Notes: generated by a model from the sequence alone, not told the origin. A stretch of 64,000 nt of DNA from Eledone cirrhosa (GCA_964016885.1 OZ024745.1:28396001-28460000); one strand, 5' to 3'; counted from the first letter of the stretch, positions 28,037 to 41,414 are shown. A program made the numbers and translations.

Positions 28037-28740
28037 AATGGCGTGCTGCGTGGCTGCAAATGGGTTACATATGAATAAAATTAGTCCTTCATCAGTGATC
28101 TTCCAACCTTCATTGGTATTTCTTCGCTTTAAAGATCATATACCTCTGGTTGGTGCGAGCAATAACTAAAGAAAGTTATTGGGACACGTAAAATAGGGTG
28201 AAGTGAGCGAGACATGTAAACAAACATAGATGGTAATGCAACGGAAAGAGAGGAAGAGGAAAAACAAGTCCGTGATATCTATAAATTTAAGTTCGGTGAA
28301 ATCATAGACGAGAGATAAAGACCATCCGACCTGTGCGAGATGTAAGCGAGAAAAGGATTTCACACAGGTCAAACGGGAGGAAGTGAGAGAGGGGAGTAGC
28401 AGAGAGTGAGTGAGTGAAAGTGTGACGAAGAGGCCAGCTGAGAGAGAGAGAGTGACTGGCTATACATCTGGTTGGTGCGAGCAATAACTAAAAAAAAGTT
28501 ATTGGGACACGTAAAATAGGGTGAAGCGAGCGAGACATGTAAACGAACAGAGATGATAATGCAACGGAAAGAGAGGAAGAGGAAAAACAAGTCCGTGATA
28601 TCTATGAACTCAAGTTCGGTAAAATCATAGACAAGAGATAAAGACCATCCGACCTGGGTGAGATGTGAGCGAGAAAAGGATTTCCCACAGGTCAAACTGG
28701 AGGAAGTGAGAGAGGGGGAGTAGCAGAGAGTGAGTGATAT
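28032..28740 (-). mobile_element. Non-autonomous (TA)n-flanked element with a ~320-bp internal tandem duplication; relatives at 33348-33848 (+) and 52005-52560 (-)
   Basis: 28146-28460 repeated at 28467-28738; family carries a tcaCTGATGAaggact half-hammerhead motif. Confidence 0.6.
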
Positions 28741-28772
28741 ATATATATGTATATATATATGTATATAATATA

Positions 28773-29327
28773 CATGGTCGGGTCGTTGGCGACTAAACTG
28801 GCAACCCCACCAAGGTTTCTTGGTGAGGAGGGTGACTTTGGACATCCTGCAGGACTAAAAACAAAACCTGTCAAAGGGCAAAGGAGCTCTTAAGAGTCAA
28901 TGGCCATCCAAAATCACCGGGAGAGATGACCCCTTAGCCTTTGTCAAGGCAGAATTCTAGGAGAAGGAAAACTCTGATATAACACCTGCAACCCTGATGG
29001 TATCCAATGATGTTGACTTGTTCTTCTTTTTGGTAAATATCATCTTGGTTAAGAGAGTGGGACTGGCTTTGTGCAGTGCCTTTGCTCACTATAAAAGCTT
29101 CACGGCACAGGCATTGCTTTATATCTGGAGATCTCTCTGCACTTGTCGTCACATGGTACCATGGGCCCAGCACTATGTGTCAGTAATTGTCACAAGTGTA
29201 GTGTTTGTACCAGAGTTTTCAAGTCGCTGGCTGGACTAAAAAGTCACACTCGTTCAGCGCATCGGTAGGGGTTCTCCTACATGGATATAAAGTAGTGGCC
29301 GTACTCGAAAACGAGTTGGCAGCCACC

Positions 29328-29330
<3 letters not shown>
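28773..29330 (+). mobile_element. Non-autonomous element with an RTE-like 5' UTR; copies at 51380-51968 (-) and 38990-39130 (+, partial)
   Basis: Near-identical copies; ctaggagaaggaaaactctga motif resembling RTE 5' UTRs; (TA)n flanks. Confidence 0.6.
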
Positions 29331-29405
<75 letters not shown>

Positions 29406-30516
29406 ATGGCGGACTAGCCAGGTTGCCATGTTGCCCAATGGTGGCATTGCAAGAACCCACCGTAGCATTGCAGGACCCACTATAGTATTTTAAGGCCCAA
29501 TGGTTTGCTTTAAAAAAATACCTGAAATCTAAGAGAAAGAATAACATTTTTTTTAAAATAAATAAAACTATTAAGCAAAGCATTTGGTCAACCAATTCCC
29601 CATGGAATTATTAGAGACCAAAATATATGATAGAGCAGATAGCTGGAATCAGTGGTTGTATATTCTACTAAATCTAAAGCTTAGTGAACTCATTCATGCA
29701 TGTAAACATACATATATAGACACAGATACACACGCATATATATATATACTATATAGGAAAATGTATGACCCCGTCATACATTTTCCTATCACTATATCTC
29801 TACTACCCTAAGTATTGAGTACTCTGGTACGTTATGGTCCATCTGGTTCTTTACCACAACTCCTTCGTTATATATATGTATATATATATATATATAATAC
29901 AATAACAGAGATAGTTTAAAGCTAAACTCTGACTGGTAACCATCTCACTCAACAAACATTAGGTTATATTTAAATATAAACCCAATTTAAGTGTTTGGGG
30001 TGCTAACAATATGTATAATGTGGAAAAACCAGTTGTATTATTTTATGAGATATAATTAAAGTTAAAGTATATCTCTCTTTCCAAAACAATTGTTTTCATT
30101 ATAAGTTTTCTACAAGTTGGGAGAATATTTCCAGTTTATGTAGAAGCCTAATATATATTCATGTAATAATATATTTAGGCGGGCGCTTATAAATCATCAG
30201 TGGAAGCCCATTAAACTTTGATATAAGAAAGAAATTCTTACCGCAGTCAAAAATCGTGTCTGTTAAGTTGCTCCTTCTCGCCTCGAATGACCGCCAAATT
30301 TGAAATTCCAGCAGTTTTTGACTGAGGAAGTATCATAGCGACACGAAGCGGGAAGGGGAGACAACTACGATCCACGAAAGGAGGAAAAAAATAATATACA
30401 CGCGGGTTAATTAGTTTTTTCGAAAACATTATCAATCCAACGTGTTAAGAACTCAATTGAAAATTAAAAAAATAAATATATGCGTGTATAAATTACACAC
30501 GCATATATATATATAT

Positions 30517-30565
<49 letters not shown>

Positions 30566-30702
30566 AGAGAGAGAGAGAGAGATCTATTTATTTATATGCC
30601 GACACACGAACTACTGACCAAATAATATTTGGTATCAATGGGTTAAAGACATCTGTCAAATCAATTAGTGGTGAAGGTGGTGTATACACACACACACACA
30701 CA

Positions 30703-30759
<57 letters not shown>

Positions 30760-31007
30760 TGAGTGTGAAAGACCAAAGGTCATTATTGAAAGTCTCTGGA
30801 TTTTGCAAAATGCATAATATTTTTAATTGGAGAAGGTAAGATTTTTTCCGCAAAATTTGATTGCACTGTTTTGTTTCCACTTATGTATTGTTTATAAATG
30901 TTATTTATTCATTATAAAAATTAAATGTTAGCATTCTATATGTAGGTGGGCCCTCTTCAGCTGGCAACCAATATTCTCAGACTCAGTCCGCCACTGTATA
31001 TATATAT

Positions 31008-31040
<33 letters not shown>

Positions 31041-31045
31041 CCACA

Positions 31046-31121
31046 TTTGCTGACTGAGGATCCTGTGGGCTGTTATACTGCACATTTATGTGGTGAAACG
31101 AACTAGATTCGTATCAGCAAA
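31046..31121 (+). ncRNA. Type I hammerhead ribozyme motif
   Basis: uuugcuga CUGAGGA ucc..ggu GAAA cgaa-cuaga-uucg UA ucagcaaa; 8-bp stem I, 5-bp stem III, GUA site at 31113. Confidence 0.8.
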
Positions 31122-31295
31122 CTTATAGTTATAAGGTTGGTAACTTAAAACTCTAATTCAGTGGTTTGATTCTGACTTAGTTTTTTTCTATTTAATTGCT
31201 AAACCTGTAGATATTCTTCTCTATACAGTAACGGTAAAACTCACTTGTAATAATTCTCACTGTGTAACACACTTCTCTTTGTGTAATATATTTGA

Positions 31296-31345
<50 letters not shown>

Positions 31346-31444
31346 GTCAATACTCATCTTTTTCCATTTATCTGAGGGTTCTAAACCCCATTATCAGGCT
31401 AAAATTCCTTTAGTCAAAAATATGGTGAAAGCTGTTCTATTTTC

Positions 31445-31536
<92 letters not shown>

Positions 31537-31539
<3 letters not shown>

Positions 31540-31863
31540 CGTTTCTGAATTTGTTTAGCAAGATTCTTTATCTGAAATCGTGTGTTGAAACCGATATTGT
31601 TATACTTTGGGAGGGTCATGTTGCCAATAAGAAACACACGCACCAGTTGCTTTCACTTCAATTTATTATATATTTATAAATTTATAAATTTACAAATCTA
31701 CAAACTTATAAATTTCTGGTTGGTTGGTTGGAACCAACCAACCAACCAGAAATTTATAAGTTTGTAGATTTGTAAATTTATAAATTTATAAATATATAAT
31801 AAATTGAAGTGAAAGCAACTGGTGCATGTGTTTCTTATTGGCAACATGACCCTCCCAAAGTAT

Positions 31864-31871
<8 letters not shown>
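31537..31871. mobile_element. Truncated Penelope pLTR with an inverted duplication
   Basis: Same sequence as 34905-35090; arms 31594-31731 and 31734-31871. Confidence 0.8.
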
Positions 31872-31912
<41 letters not shown>

Positions 31913-32137
31913 CATTTATGCTTTCATATATTTTTATATCTGTATATCTGTTTGACCCGAAATAGGAGATCGAATCTTCGCTGTGTGGATAATTAGTTTA
32001 ACCACCATCTCAGTGTGTTTGGCCTTTAACGTAAGTTGTAAGCTCTAATTCTTTTGAATTATTGAGCGCTTGCCTCACAATTCGAAAGTGGTTTTTCGTT
32101 ATTTCATGGGCTGAAATTCGATTCTCGCTAATTTTTA

Positions 32138-32203
<66 letters not shown>

Positions 32204-33272
32204 CATAATCGGAGAAAGCTAATAGCGATACTCCGGCCAAATCCCAACTCACTCAACAAACATTAGGAAATACCTGAGTATATTCCTAATTAAACGTTCG
32301 GGGTGGTAACTAATTGTATTGTGTGGAAAATTGGCTGTATCATTTCATATGAGATATATCAAATACATCCCTTCCCAGACATATATATATACATATACAT
32401 AATGCTAATCATTGTAAGTTTGAATCTAACTCACATGCAAAAACATATATATATAAGAATAAGGTAACCACAAATCATAGTAGATTCAAATATCCCAGAG
32501 AGAAAGAGAGGGGGGAGGAATTAGGTGCAGCAGAAATGAAAGATGGAATACAGATTCAAATACAGTCGAGATAGATGTGAAACAAAACGAGGATGTAGTT
32601 TATGGAACACCCAAATGATTTAGAAGTCGACCTGAAGTAGGAGTAATAACATTAAGAAAGACATGAACGACACCACAACACTTTGTTTTGACAATTTTGA
32701 AAGTAGGTTTATAGGTATGAATTTTCATAAGATTTTCTTAGTTGTCTCTGTGGCCTCTCGGTAGGTAGATACTAGAGACGGTGAGATCCTTGTCTTGGGT
32801 TCAATCCTGGTCAAGAGTTATATATAACCTTTTTAGTTTTTATTTTACAACCAATAGAAAAAAAGTGAAGAGGTTTACCGGGAACGAACTTCAGTCTAGG
32901 ATCACCACCGTCTGTGATTTCTCCAACTAGGCCACCGAGACAGCTCCTAAAACATAACAAAAATTGATCATTATAAACCTACTTTCAAAATCAAAGTTAA
33001 AAAGATGTGGTGTCCTTCACGGCTTTCCTAGAGCTATTAGTAATATTTAGGGTCGACTTCTAGTCATTATTGAAAGTCTCTGGATTTCGCAAAATACAAA
33101 ATATTTTTCATTGGTGAGGGTAAGATATTTTTGCGCAAAAATGTTGTTTCCAATTATGTATTTTTCGAAAATGTTATTTGTTCATTACAAAAATTAAATG
33201 ATAAAATTCAATATGTAGGTGGGCCCCCTTCATCTTCTGGCAACCAATATTTTTAGATCCAGTCCGCCACTG

Positions 33273-33347
<75 letters not shown>

Positions 33348-33840
33348 CTACGCAGCTCTACATTTTTCCCATATTTATATTTATTCCTCAGCTGCGATTG
33401 TCTGTTTCTTTCTTACTGCTTCCCCTCTCTCTGTATCTCTCACCTTCTTTTTACCCCCTCTGCCAGTCACACTCGCTCTCTCGGCTGGTCTCTTCCTCAC
33501 ACTTCCACTCACTCACTCTCTGCTTCTCCCCCTCTCTCACTTCTTCCCGTTTGACCTGTGTGAAATCCTTTTCTCACTCACATCTCACCCATGTCGGATG
33601 GTCTATATCTCTTGTCCATGAATTCACCAAGCTTAAGCTTACAGATTTCATGTACTTGTCTCTTCCTATCTTTCCGTTGCAATACCATCGTTGTTTGTTT
33701 ACATGTCTCGCTCGTTTCACCCTATTTTACTTGTCTCAATAACTTTATTTAGTTATTGCTCGCACAAACTAGAGGTATATGATTTTTAAAAAGCGACGAA
33801 ATACCAATGAAAGTTGGAAGATCACTAATGAAGGACTAAT

Positions 33841-33906
<66 letters not shown>

Positions 33907-34147
33907 GACAGTTCTGGCTGATTGATGAAGCTTAAGAAACAGAAAGGAATTTCCAGCCCCACTCGGTGTATATGGTAGGTGGAAGTTCGAATCCCACGGC
34001 TGACGCTACCCACTACTTTCCATAACCATGGGCTTATATAGCCAAATTATTACACTATTTTTCATGGTCAAGAAACGTGTATTGAAGCCTAATATTAAAA
34101 ATTCGTAACTCACTCAACGCGTCTCAAAGTAGATTGTTCACACACAC

Positions 34148-34258
<111 letters not shown>

Positions 34259-35115
34259 TATAGATATATAGATATTATATATATGAGAAGAAGAAGAAGA
34301 AGAAGAAGAAGAAGAAGAAGAAGAAGAAGAAGAAGAAGAAGAAGAAGAAGAAGGGAAGGGGGGGGGGGGGAAGAAGAAGAAGAAGATATATATCAGCGCA
34401 TCGAGTGTTCTAACGTAGAGATGAATGAAAAACATTATCACCTTCATCTATTGTAGCAATAATGGCGGAAAGGAACTAACATTCTCTCAATTATACCGCT
34501 CACCGTTATCACTGATCAATGTATAAAGTAGCAACCAAATTATCTCCCTTCTCTCTCCCTTCTCTAGTCTTTTATAACGATCCATAACTTTGTTGAAGTC
34601 AGGAGATAGTTTTAAGATGGGTTTTAGTATATCTGAAGCAACGTTATAAACTATTGGAATCCAGCAAATGTAAAGATTAATTTTATAACTGCTGTAATAC
34701 AGGAACTGAAATACCAGGATTACTTTTATAGGCGATTCCTACAGTAATTCAGGAGCTGTAATATAATACAGACTTCCTGGCTTAGATGTTTAAAGATATA
34801 TTCATAACTTCGTTGTTTATGGTGGGGCTGCATAGTATTCTAATACATGCACATACAGTCACACACACCACACGCGCACGCATATATATATATATATATA
34901 TATATTTCGTTTCTGAATTTGTTTAGCAAGATCCTTTACCTGAAAACGTGTGTTGAAACCGATATTGTTATACTTTGGGAGGGTCATGTTGCCAATAAGA
35001 AACACACGCACCAGTTGCTTTCACTTCAATTTATTATAATAAATTTATAAATTTAGGAATTTATAAATTTCCGGTCGGTTGGTTGGTTCCACAACCAGAT
35101 GGTTGTTTGTATATT

Positions 35116-35158
35116 GTCAAAGCTCTTTCGTCACACATTCTGTGACCTCTTCAGTGAC
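35116..35158 (-). ncRNA. Minimal hammerhead motif in the PLE pLTR
   Basis: guca CUGAAGA g gucaca..ugugac GAAA gagc UU ugac. Confidence 0.7.
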
Positions 35159-35451
35159 TGGGGATTCTTTTCTTTGTTTTTTGTGCCTCTCCTTTGTTCT
35201 GTCCTACGCCATTTTGTTTTTGTGTGTGTGTTGTGTGCTTAGTTTGCGCATGTGTTACATCCGGGTGTCTGTGTGTGTTTATATTCGTTTATTTATTTGT
35301 TTATTTACACGTTACTGGTTGGTTGTTTGTTCTATGTGCGTGTGTGTTTTCATTTCGTCCTTAATTGTAAGTTGTGATGTTGCTGTTCCACTCATATTTT
35401 CTATTTAATTTTGGTTGTAATTCTTTTATGTTTATTGCCTCTGTGATTTGT

Positions 35452-37260
35452 CTAAACATTGCGTCTTTTCTGTGTAGATTCTATTTTTATTTCTATGTTC
35501 TCTAATTTACCCTTATGTTCTATTTTAGCATGTTGGTAGAGTACAGATGATTCTTTACTATCTTGAAGGTCTCGCCAGTGTTCATTTATCCGTTCCCCTA
35601 TACTACGAGCTGTCTCACCTATGTACACTATATTTTTATCTCTACATTGTCCTTCAGTACATCTTATGCTATATACTACATTTCTAGTTTTACAGTTAAT
35701 ATGGGGGCTTAATTTACAGATTATACATTTCTTATCTATACAGGGAGGTCTTTGAAAAGGGTATGTATTGCTAATAAGTGTTTTTATGGGGGTACCTGGT
35801 CTTTCTACTATCTTAATATTGAGTTTATGTTTATCTAGTGCCCTTCTAAATTTGTAAGCTAATTCACCTCTAGGGGTTGTATCGATGAACATTACACTGT
35901 GGTATTTATTGCTATCATACCATGAGTTTATTCTATTAGCCTTATTCCTAGTTCTTTCTATTCTATTCCAAAATTTGCTCCTATACAAGGGGCAGGTCCC
36001 ATTTGTGTCATTATTTACCATTTTTTCGGTGGATTGGCAGTATCGGTAGAGGGTCGGACGCCATGCTTTGACGCATAGAGTTACGGCCCTTGCCATACTG
36101 AGTTCAAATCCCGCCGAGGTTAACTTTGCCTTTCATCCTTAAGGGGTCGATAAAATAAAGTACCAGTAATGTACTGGGTAATTGCTGGTCTTGTGCCAAA
36201 AGTAGAAACAATTATTTACCATTTTTTCCCATTTGGTTCTGGCTCCTCTATACACTCTGATTTTATCTCTCTGATTGTAACCAGAGAACTGCATACGGTG
36301 GATGAAGTGTTGTATGTGTCTCTCTAGTTCTTCGGGGTTGCACATGCGGGACACGTTTCTCATCACCCGTACCAAATCCGCAATCAGTATGTTGATTTTG
36401 GTATGGTCCGAAACAGCTGAGTTTCGGTGGATCAGATATTTGGAAGTCATGGGTTTGGTATAATGGGAATGGAGATTTGTTTTTTGTTATTAATGGTATC
36501 TAACCAGAGCTCTGTGTCTAGTACAGGTAATCGATGGTTGGGGTGTTTGCTTGGGTAGTCTATAGTAACTCTAATACTCTGGTGGATGGAGTTAGCTATT
36601 TGCTGGATGCTTTCCACTGTGTTTTTCTCTAATTCCTGACTGTTCTCTAGTGGGGGTGTTTTAACTACGATGTTTATATCATCAACGTAGCGGGAGTACA
36701 TTATCAGGGTTAAGGGGTCTTCTAATTGTTTAAGTTTAAGTCTACTGTCCCACTATACCATGAATAGGTTAGCTATGTCGCCTGCAATGCTAACACCAAT
36801 GGCTGCTCCCTCCTCTTGGGCATATGTTTTTCCATTAAATTTGAACATATGTTCCTTAAGGGTTAATTTTATGCTGGCCCCCACCGCATGTGCAATCATT
36901 TTCTTTAGTTCATCGTGGTTTTCGGGGGTCCGTATGGCTCTGGTCCACTCGTTCCATCTATCTGTGTAGGTTTTCTTTGCCATTGAGGTAATGGTAGGTG
37001 GTCTGCCTCTTGCTTGTCTTGTAGGGCACAGGTTGCTAAGGCCATATGTATCTAGATAATTATTACTATAGGTAAGCTTAAGTAGGAGTCCCAGCTCACT
37101 GGTATCAATCCCACGGAATTCAACATTGCTCTCACCGATCATTTCTACGCATTTCTCCACAGCAAAATCCACGCCAATAGATGGATACAGGGACACAACA
37201 TCCATACTACCTATTATGCAGTTTGCTAGGTCCCTAGATCGGTTACTCTCGCCGATTCTG
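35452..37260 (-). pseudogene. PLE reverse transcriptase + GIY-YIG endonuclease (one TAG stop, one frameshift, SINE insertion)
   Basis: [26 protein letters not shown], linker C-x4-C-x2-C, NVVYSIRC..YIGETARSIGERINEH. Confidence 0.9.
36028..36210 (+). mobile_element. Meta-type SINE inserted in the PLE ORF
   Basis: 18-bp TSD attatttaccattttttc at 36010-36027 and 36211-36228. Confidence 0.9.
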
Positions 37261-37268
37261 CGTGTGTG

Positions 37269-37299
<31 letters not shown>

Positions 37300-37300
37300 A

Positions 37301-37389
<89 letters not shown>

Positions 37390-37414
37390 GTATATTTATA
37401 TATATATATATATA

Positions 37415-37473
<59 letters not shown>

Positions 37474-38779
37474 GTGTGTAAAAGGAAAAGGAAAGAAGCC
37501 GATCATCAGATTGGACAAAGGAAACAATGCTTCCATTGGTTTTTCCATTGCTGACACTATCTATCCTAGCAATATATATATATAGAGAGAGAGGGGGGGA
37601 GTCCCACTTTTACCAATATACTCATCATACCATGTATCAAGTACTTCTTTGGTTTATGGTCTTCTCGGGCTTAGTACCATAGACTAATAATAATCAATCT
37701 CATGTGAAACTCGACCCCCTGTTTTTGGCCAAAAAATCTGGGAATTTCTATATAAATGTCGATTCTAGTATTTCATGGATAACAGGGCAACATTTGTATC
37801 ATCGCGTACTAGAAATAACACTGTTACAAAATCCTCATGAATTTCAGGCAAATACATGTCTAAAACTACCTTACTGTAGCCTGATAGCTGGAATGTTCGG
37901 TGTTTAAAGTAAAACATCATATAATAGCTAACACTACATATCTGTTGATAGGTGCTACAACATTACTAAAATATATGCACAAACCTTTATAGTTTCCTCA
38001 TTTCAAAACACAATACACGCATGCGCCAGCGTTCGTGCCGTCGTCTGTTTACGTGTTTATGGATTTTGTTATTTACTAGGACGTGTGTTTTGATGTATAG
38101 AAACTGTAATTCATTGTGTTTTTGTTTTTATTCGTTTAGAGATGAGTTGGTCTTCTGCTACTGATACGGTACTTTGGATTCTAGCTTGAATTTCAAGCCC
38201 CTCAAAAGTAGAATCCATGTAAACATATTATTGTCGACCTCATAAATTTAACCTTACAAAATGGTCGAAAAGATTCGACTTTTACACAAGTATATACTGT
38301 GTATATATATATATATATATATACCCAGGGGGTGTAACTAGGAGTTACTGCAGGTTCACCCGGGAGAGCACTCGATGTTTAGGTTCACTTCTGTGATGAG
38401 GTGTAGAGCTATACAGAGTGTAATATATAGCATTTTAAGAGGGTCCGTCGAGCTGCCGATTATTGAGTCGGGTAGGATCGATATAGATCGAACCTTGAGC
38501 TGATCAGTGGCGAAACGCGCGTCACCTATCAATAAATGCAATGAAGGAATAATCAATCGTCCTTTTTATCCTTTCTATATATATATATAGAGAGAGAGAG
38601 AGGGGGGGGTGAGGGAGGGAGATAGAAAGAACAGAGTAGTGTTAGTTAATGTAAAATTCAAATGAAAAGCAGGACAAGGCACCGAGAATCTGAGGTCATT
38701 CGCTATGTGTAGCTAATGAAGGGAATAACTGTTTTGTCTTGCTTTCTATACACACACAAATATATATATATACAACATT

Positions 38780-38815
<36 letters not shown>

Positions 38816-39180
38816 TTTTTTCCAATTCCATCCCGCCCGTCCCTCAATCTATTTTATTTCTCATTCTTTCTTCTGATGAAGGACTAGCGTCCGAAACTTT
38901 AACCTAATATATACCTTCCATATACTGTACCGATGTCATGTCACTCTTGAGTGCTACTGGTAATATTTAAACCAGTACAACCTGACGGACGGTTGGGTCG
39001 TCGGCGACTAAACCGGCAACGCCACCAAGTTTACTTGGTGAGGAGGTTGATTTTGGACACCCTGCAGGACAAAAAACAAAACCTGACAAAGGGCGTAAGA
39101 ACTCATAAGAGTCAACGGCCATCCAAAAATGTGTAAACACATGTACATATGTATGTGTATGTATATGCGTATGTATATTC

Positions 39181-39670
39181 CTGGGGTGTCAGGGAGGGGC
39201 ATGTACCTCTGTAGGGAGGGCTAACCATGCCCTTTCCAGGACAGCTCGACCTGCATTGGGTCCCACCTGACACTCAGCTCTCACCTGAGGCCCCAAGAAG
39301 CTGTAGCATGTGACAGCGGCCACACCCCAGTAAACCGCCTTGGCTGACGGGCCGAACCAGGTTGAGGGTAGCCGGACGGGTCTGAACCCCCCCCCCCCCC
39401 CGGTGAGTTAGACAGGGGATGCCTGTCCCTGCATGCGAAGACTGGACCCGGCGGAGTGAATGGAGGAGGACAACATCGTCCCAACAGTCACAAAGGCGGG
39501 GACAGCAAGGCACTACAGACGTCGTGGCCATCCACTGCAGCCAAGGAAGTCCTTGGTCGTGACAGTCCTCCGTACCACCGGATTCTGGCTTCTGCAGCCG
39601 AGTAGGTGGGACCGTCACTGTGCACTGGCCCTCCCACTATAAACCTTTCCCGCACAGGTTTCTTCTTTAG
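39181..39670 (+). mobile_element. GC-rich RTE (BovB/AviRTE-like) 5' UTR
   Basis: Motifs cagctctcacctg, agcggccacacccc, gagggtagccg, gcatgcgaagactgg recalled from RTE-type UTRs; not database-checked. Confidence 0.6.
39183..39362 (+). ncRNA. HDV-like ribozyme fold
   Basis: P1 GGGGUGU/ACACCCC, P2 ACCUG/CAGGU, P3 GGC/GCC, J4/2 CGAA, in nested-pseudoknot order. Confidence 0.6.
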
Positions 39671-39928
39671 CGTGCACAGCCTAATTTGCATATCGAGTGA
39701 GTTTAGTCGGCCGGGCGCACCGAAAACGATAAATGGAATAGAATGAAACGAAATGTCATTTCTCACTCTTAGTACGACAGTTATTAAATGTAAGTATGTA
39801 TGTATACGTACAGACGTACAGTAGTATGTATATATATACATACATGCACACATATATATATGCACGTATCGGTTTAAGTAACTGCCGTACTAAGAGTGAG
39901 AAATGAAATTTCCTTTCAATCTATTCCA

Positions 39929-39957
<29 letters not shown>

Positions 39958-39959
<2 letters not shown>

Positions 39960-40264
39960 TTCGTTTCTGAATTTGTTTAGCAAGATCCTTTATCTGAAAA
40001 CGTGTGTTGAAACCGATATTGTTATACTTTGGGAGGGTCATGTTGCCAATAAGAAACACACGCACCAGTTGCTTTCACTCCAATTTATTATAATAAATTT
40101 ATAAATTTAGGAATTTATAAATTTCCGGTCGGTTGGTTGGTTCCACAACCAGATGGTTGTTTATTTCTTGTCAAAGTTCTTTCGTCACACATTCTGTGAC
40201 CTCTTCAGTGACTGGGGATTCTTTTCTTTGTTTTTGTACCTCTCCTTTGTTCTGTCCTACGCCA
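39958..40264 (-). mobile_element. Solo copy of the PLE pLTR with hammerhead (40170-40212), fused to a SINE 3' part (40265-40400)
   Basis: Near-identical to 34905-35211. Confidence 0.85.
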
Positions 40265-40552
40265 ACGGCCCTTGCCATTCTGAGTTCAAATCCCACGGAG
40301 GTTAACTTTGCCTTTCATCGTTACGTGGTCGATAAAATAAAGTACCAGTAATACACTGGGTAATTGCTGGCCTTGTGCCAAACGTAGAAACAATTATTAT
40401 TTTTGTTATTATTTATTAGACATATAGGCCCTACGATCAAGCTTCAGTCTGTATCTACACTCTAGTTTCCTTACGTTACGGGAAACTAACTTGAATAACG
40501 GTCTTAATAGCTTCAATTATTAACATCTTATCTCTCTTTCTCCCTTTCCACA

Positions 40553-40655
<103 letters not shown>

Positions 40656-41414
40656 GTGTGGAAAGGGAGAAAGAGAGATAAGATGGCTTAGTGGTTAGAG
40701 CATTGGCCTTGCAATTGAAAGGTTGTGAATTCAATTCTCAGACCGGGTGATGTGTTGTTTCCTTGAGCAAGACACTTTATTTCACATTGCTCCAGTTTAC
40801 TCAGCTGTAGAAAGTGGTCGTGTAGGTGCCACGGCAAAAAAGCACCCAGTACTCACTGTAAATGAGGTTGGTGTTAGGAAGGGCATCCAGCTGTAGAAAT
40901 CAAGCCAGTATCAGTTCCCGTCCCACCCTTGCAAGCAGGGAAAAAGCGGACGTAAAATGAAATGATGATATATGAGTGTGTGTTTGTATACACACATACA
41001 CATGTATGTATGTGCGTACAAATATACATACATATAAATGAATGTACCAGTGTATATATGGTTATATGCTTATATATATTCATATATATGTACTCATATT
41101 TTATCTGTGATTGACATCTGAAGAACGTAACTTGAATGTGCTGAGTTTTCTAATGAAATTCACGTTTCATATTGGCCTATGTTGACTTATTTATTTAACT
41201 TGATACATCATACCGCCACCAATCAATGTATCGATTCGTGAGTTCGATACTGATATCCAGAAAGTGTAATTGAGGTCGAATTTATTTCGTTTATTCATTT
41301 TTATTTTTTTTATTTTACAATTCTACATTTCCTTAAAGAATATCTTTAGATTTATACATACATTCATACATACATATATACATACATATATATAGATAGA
41401 TATATCATACACAA

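Larger units (their letters stand above)
34905..37261 (-). mobile_element. Penelope-like element, 5'-truncated, between microsatellites
   Basis: RT + GIY-YIG ORF relic followed by a 3' pLTR containing a hammerhead and ending in (TA)n. Confidence 0.9.

Noticed and set aside
36753-36755. In-frame stop in the PLE RT as a recoding (selenocysteine) site
   Set aside because: It is TAG, not TGA, at a probable Trp codon in a copy with other disabling lesions
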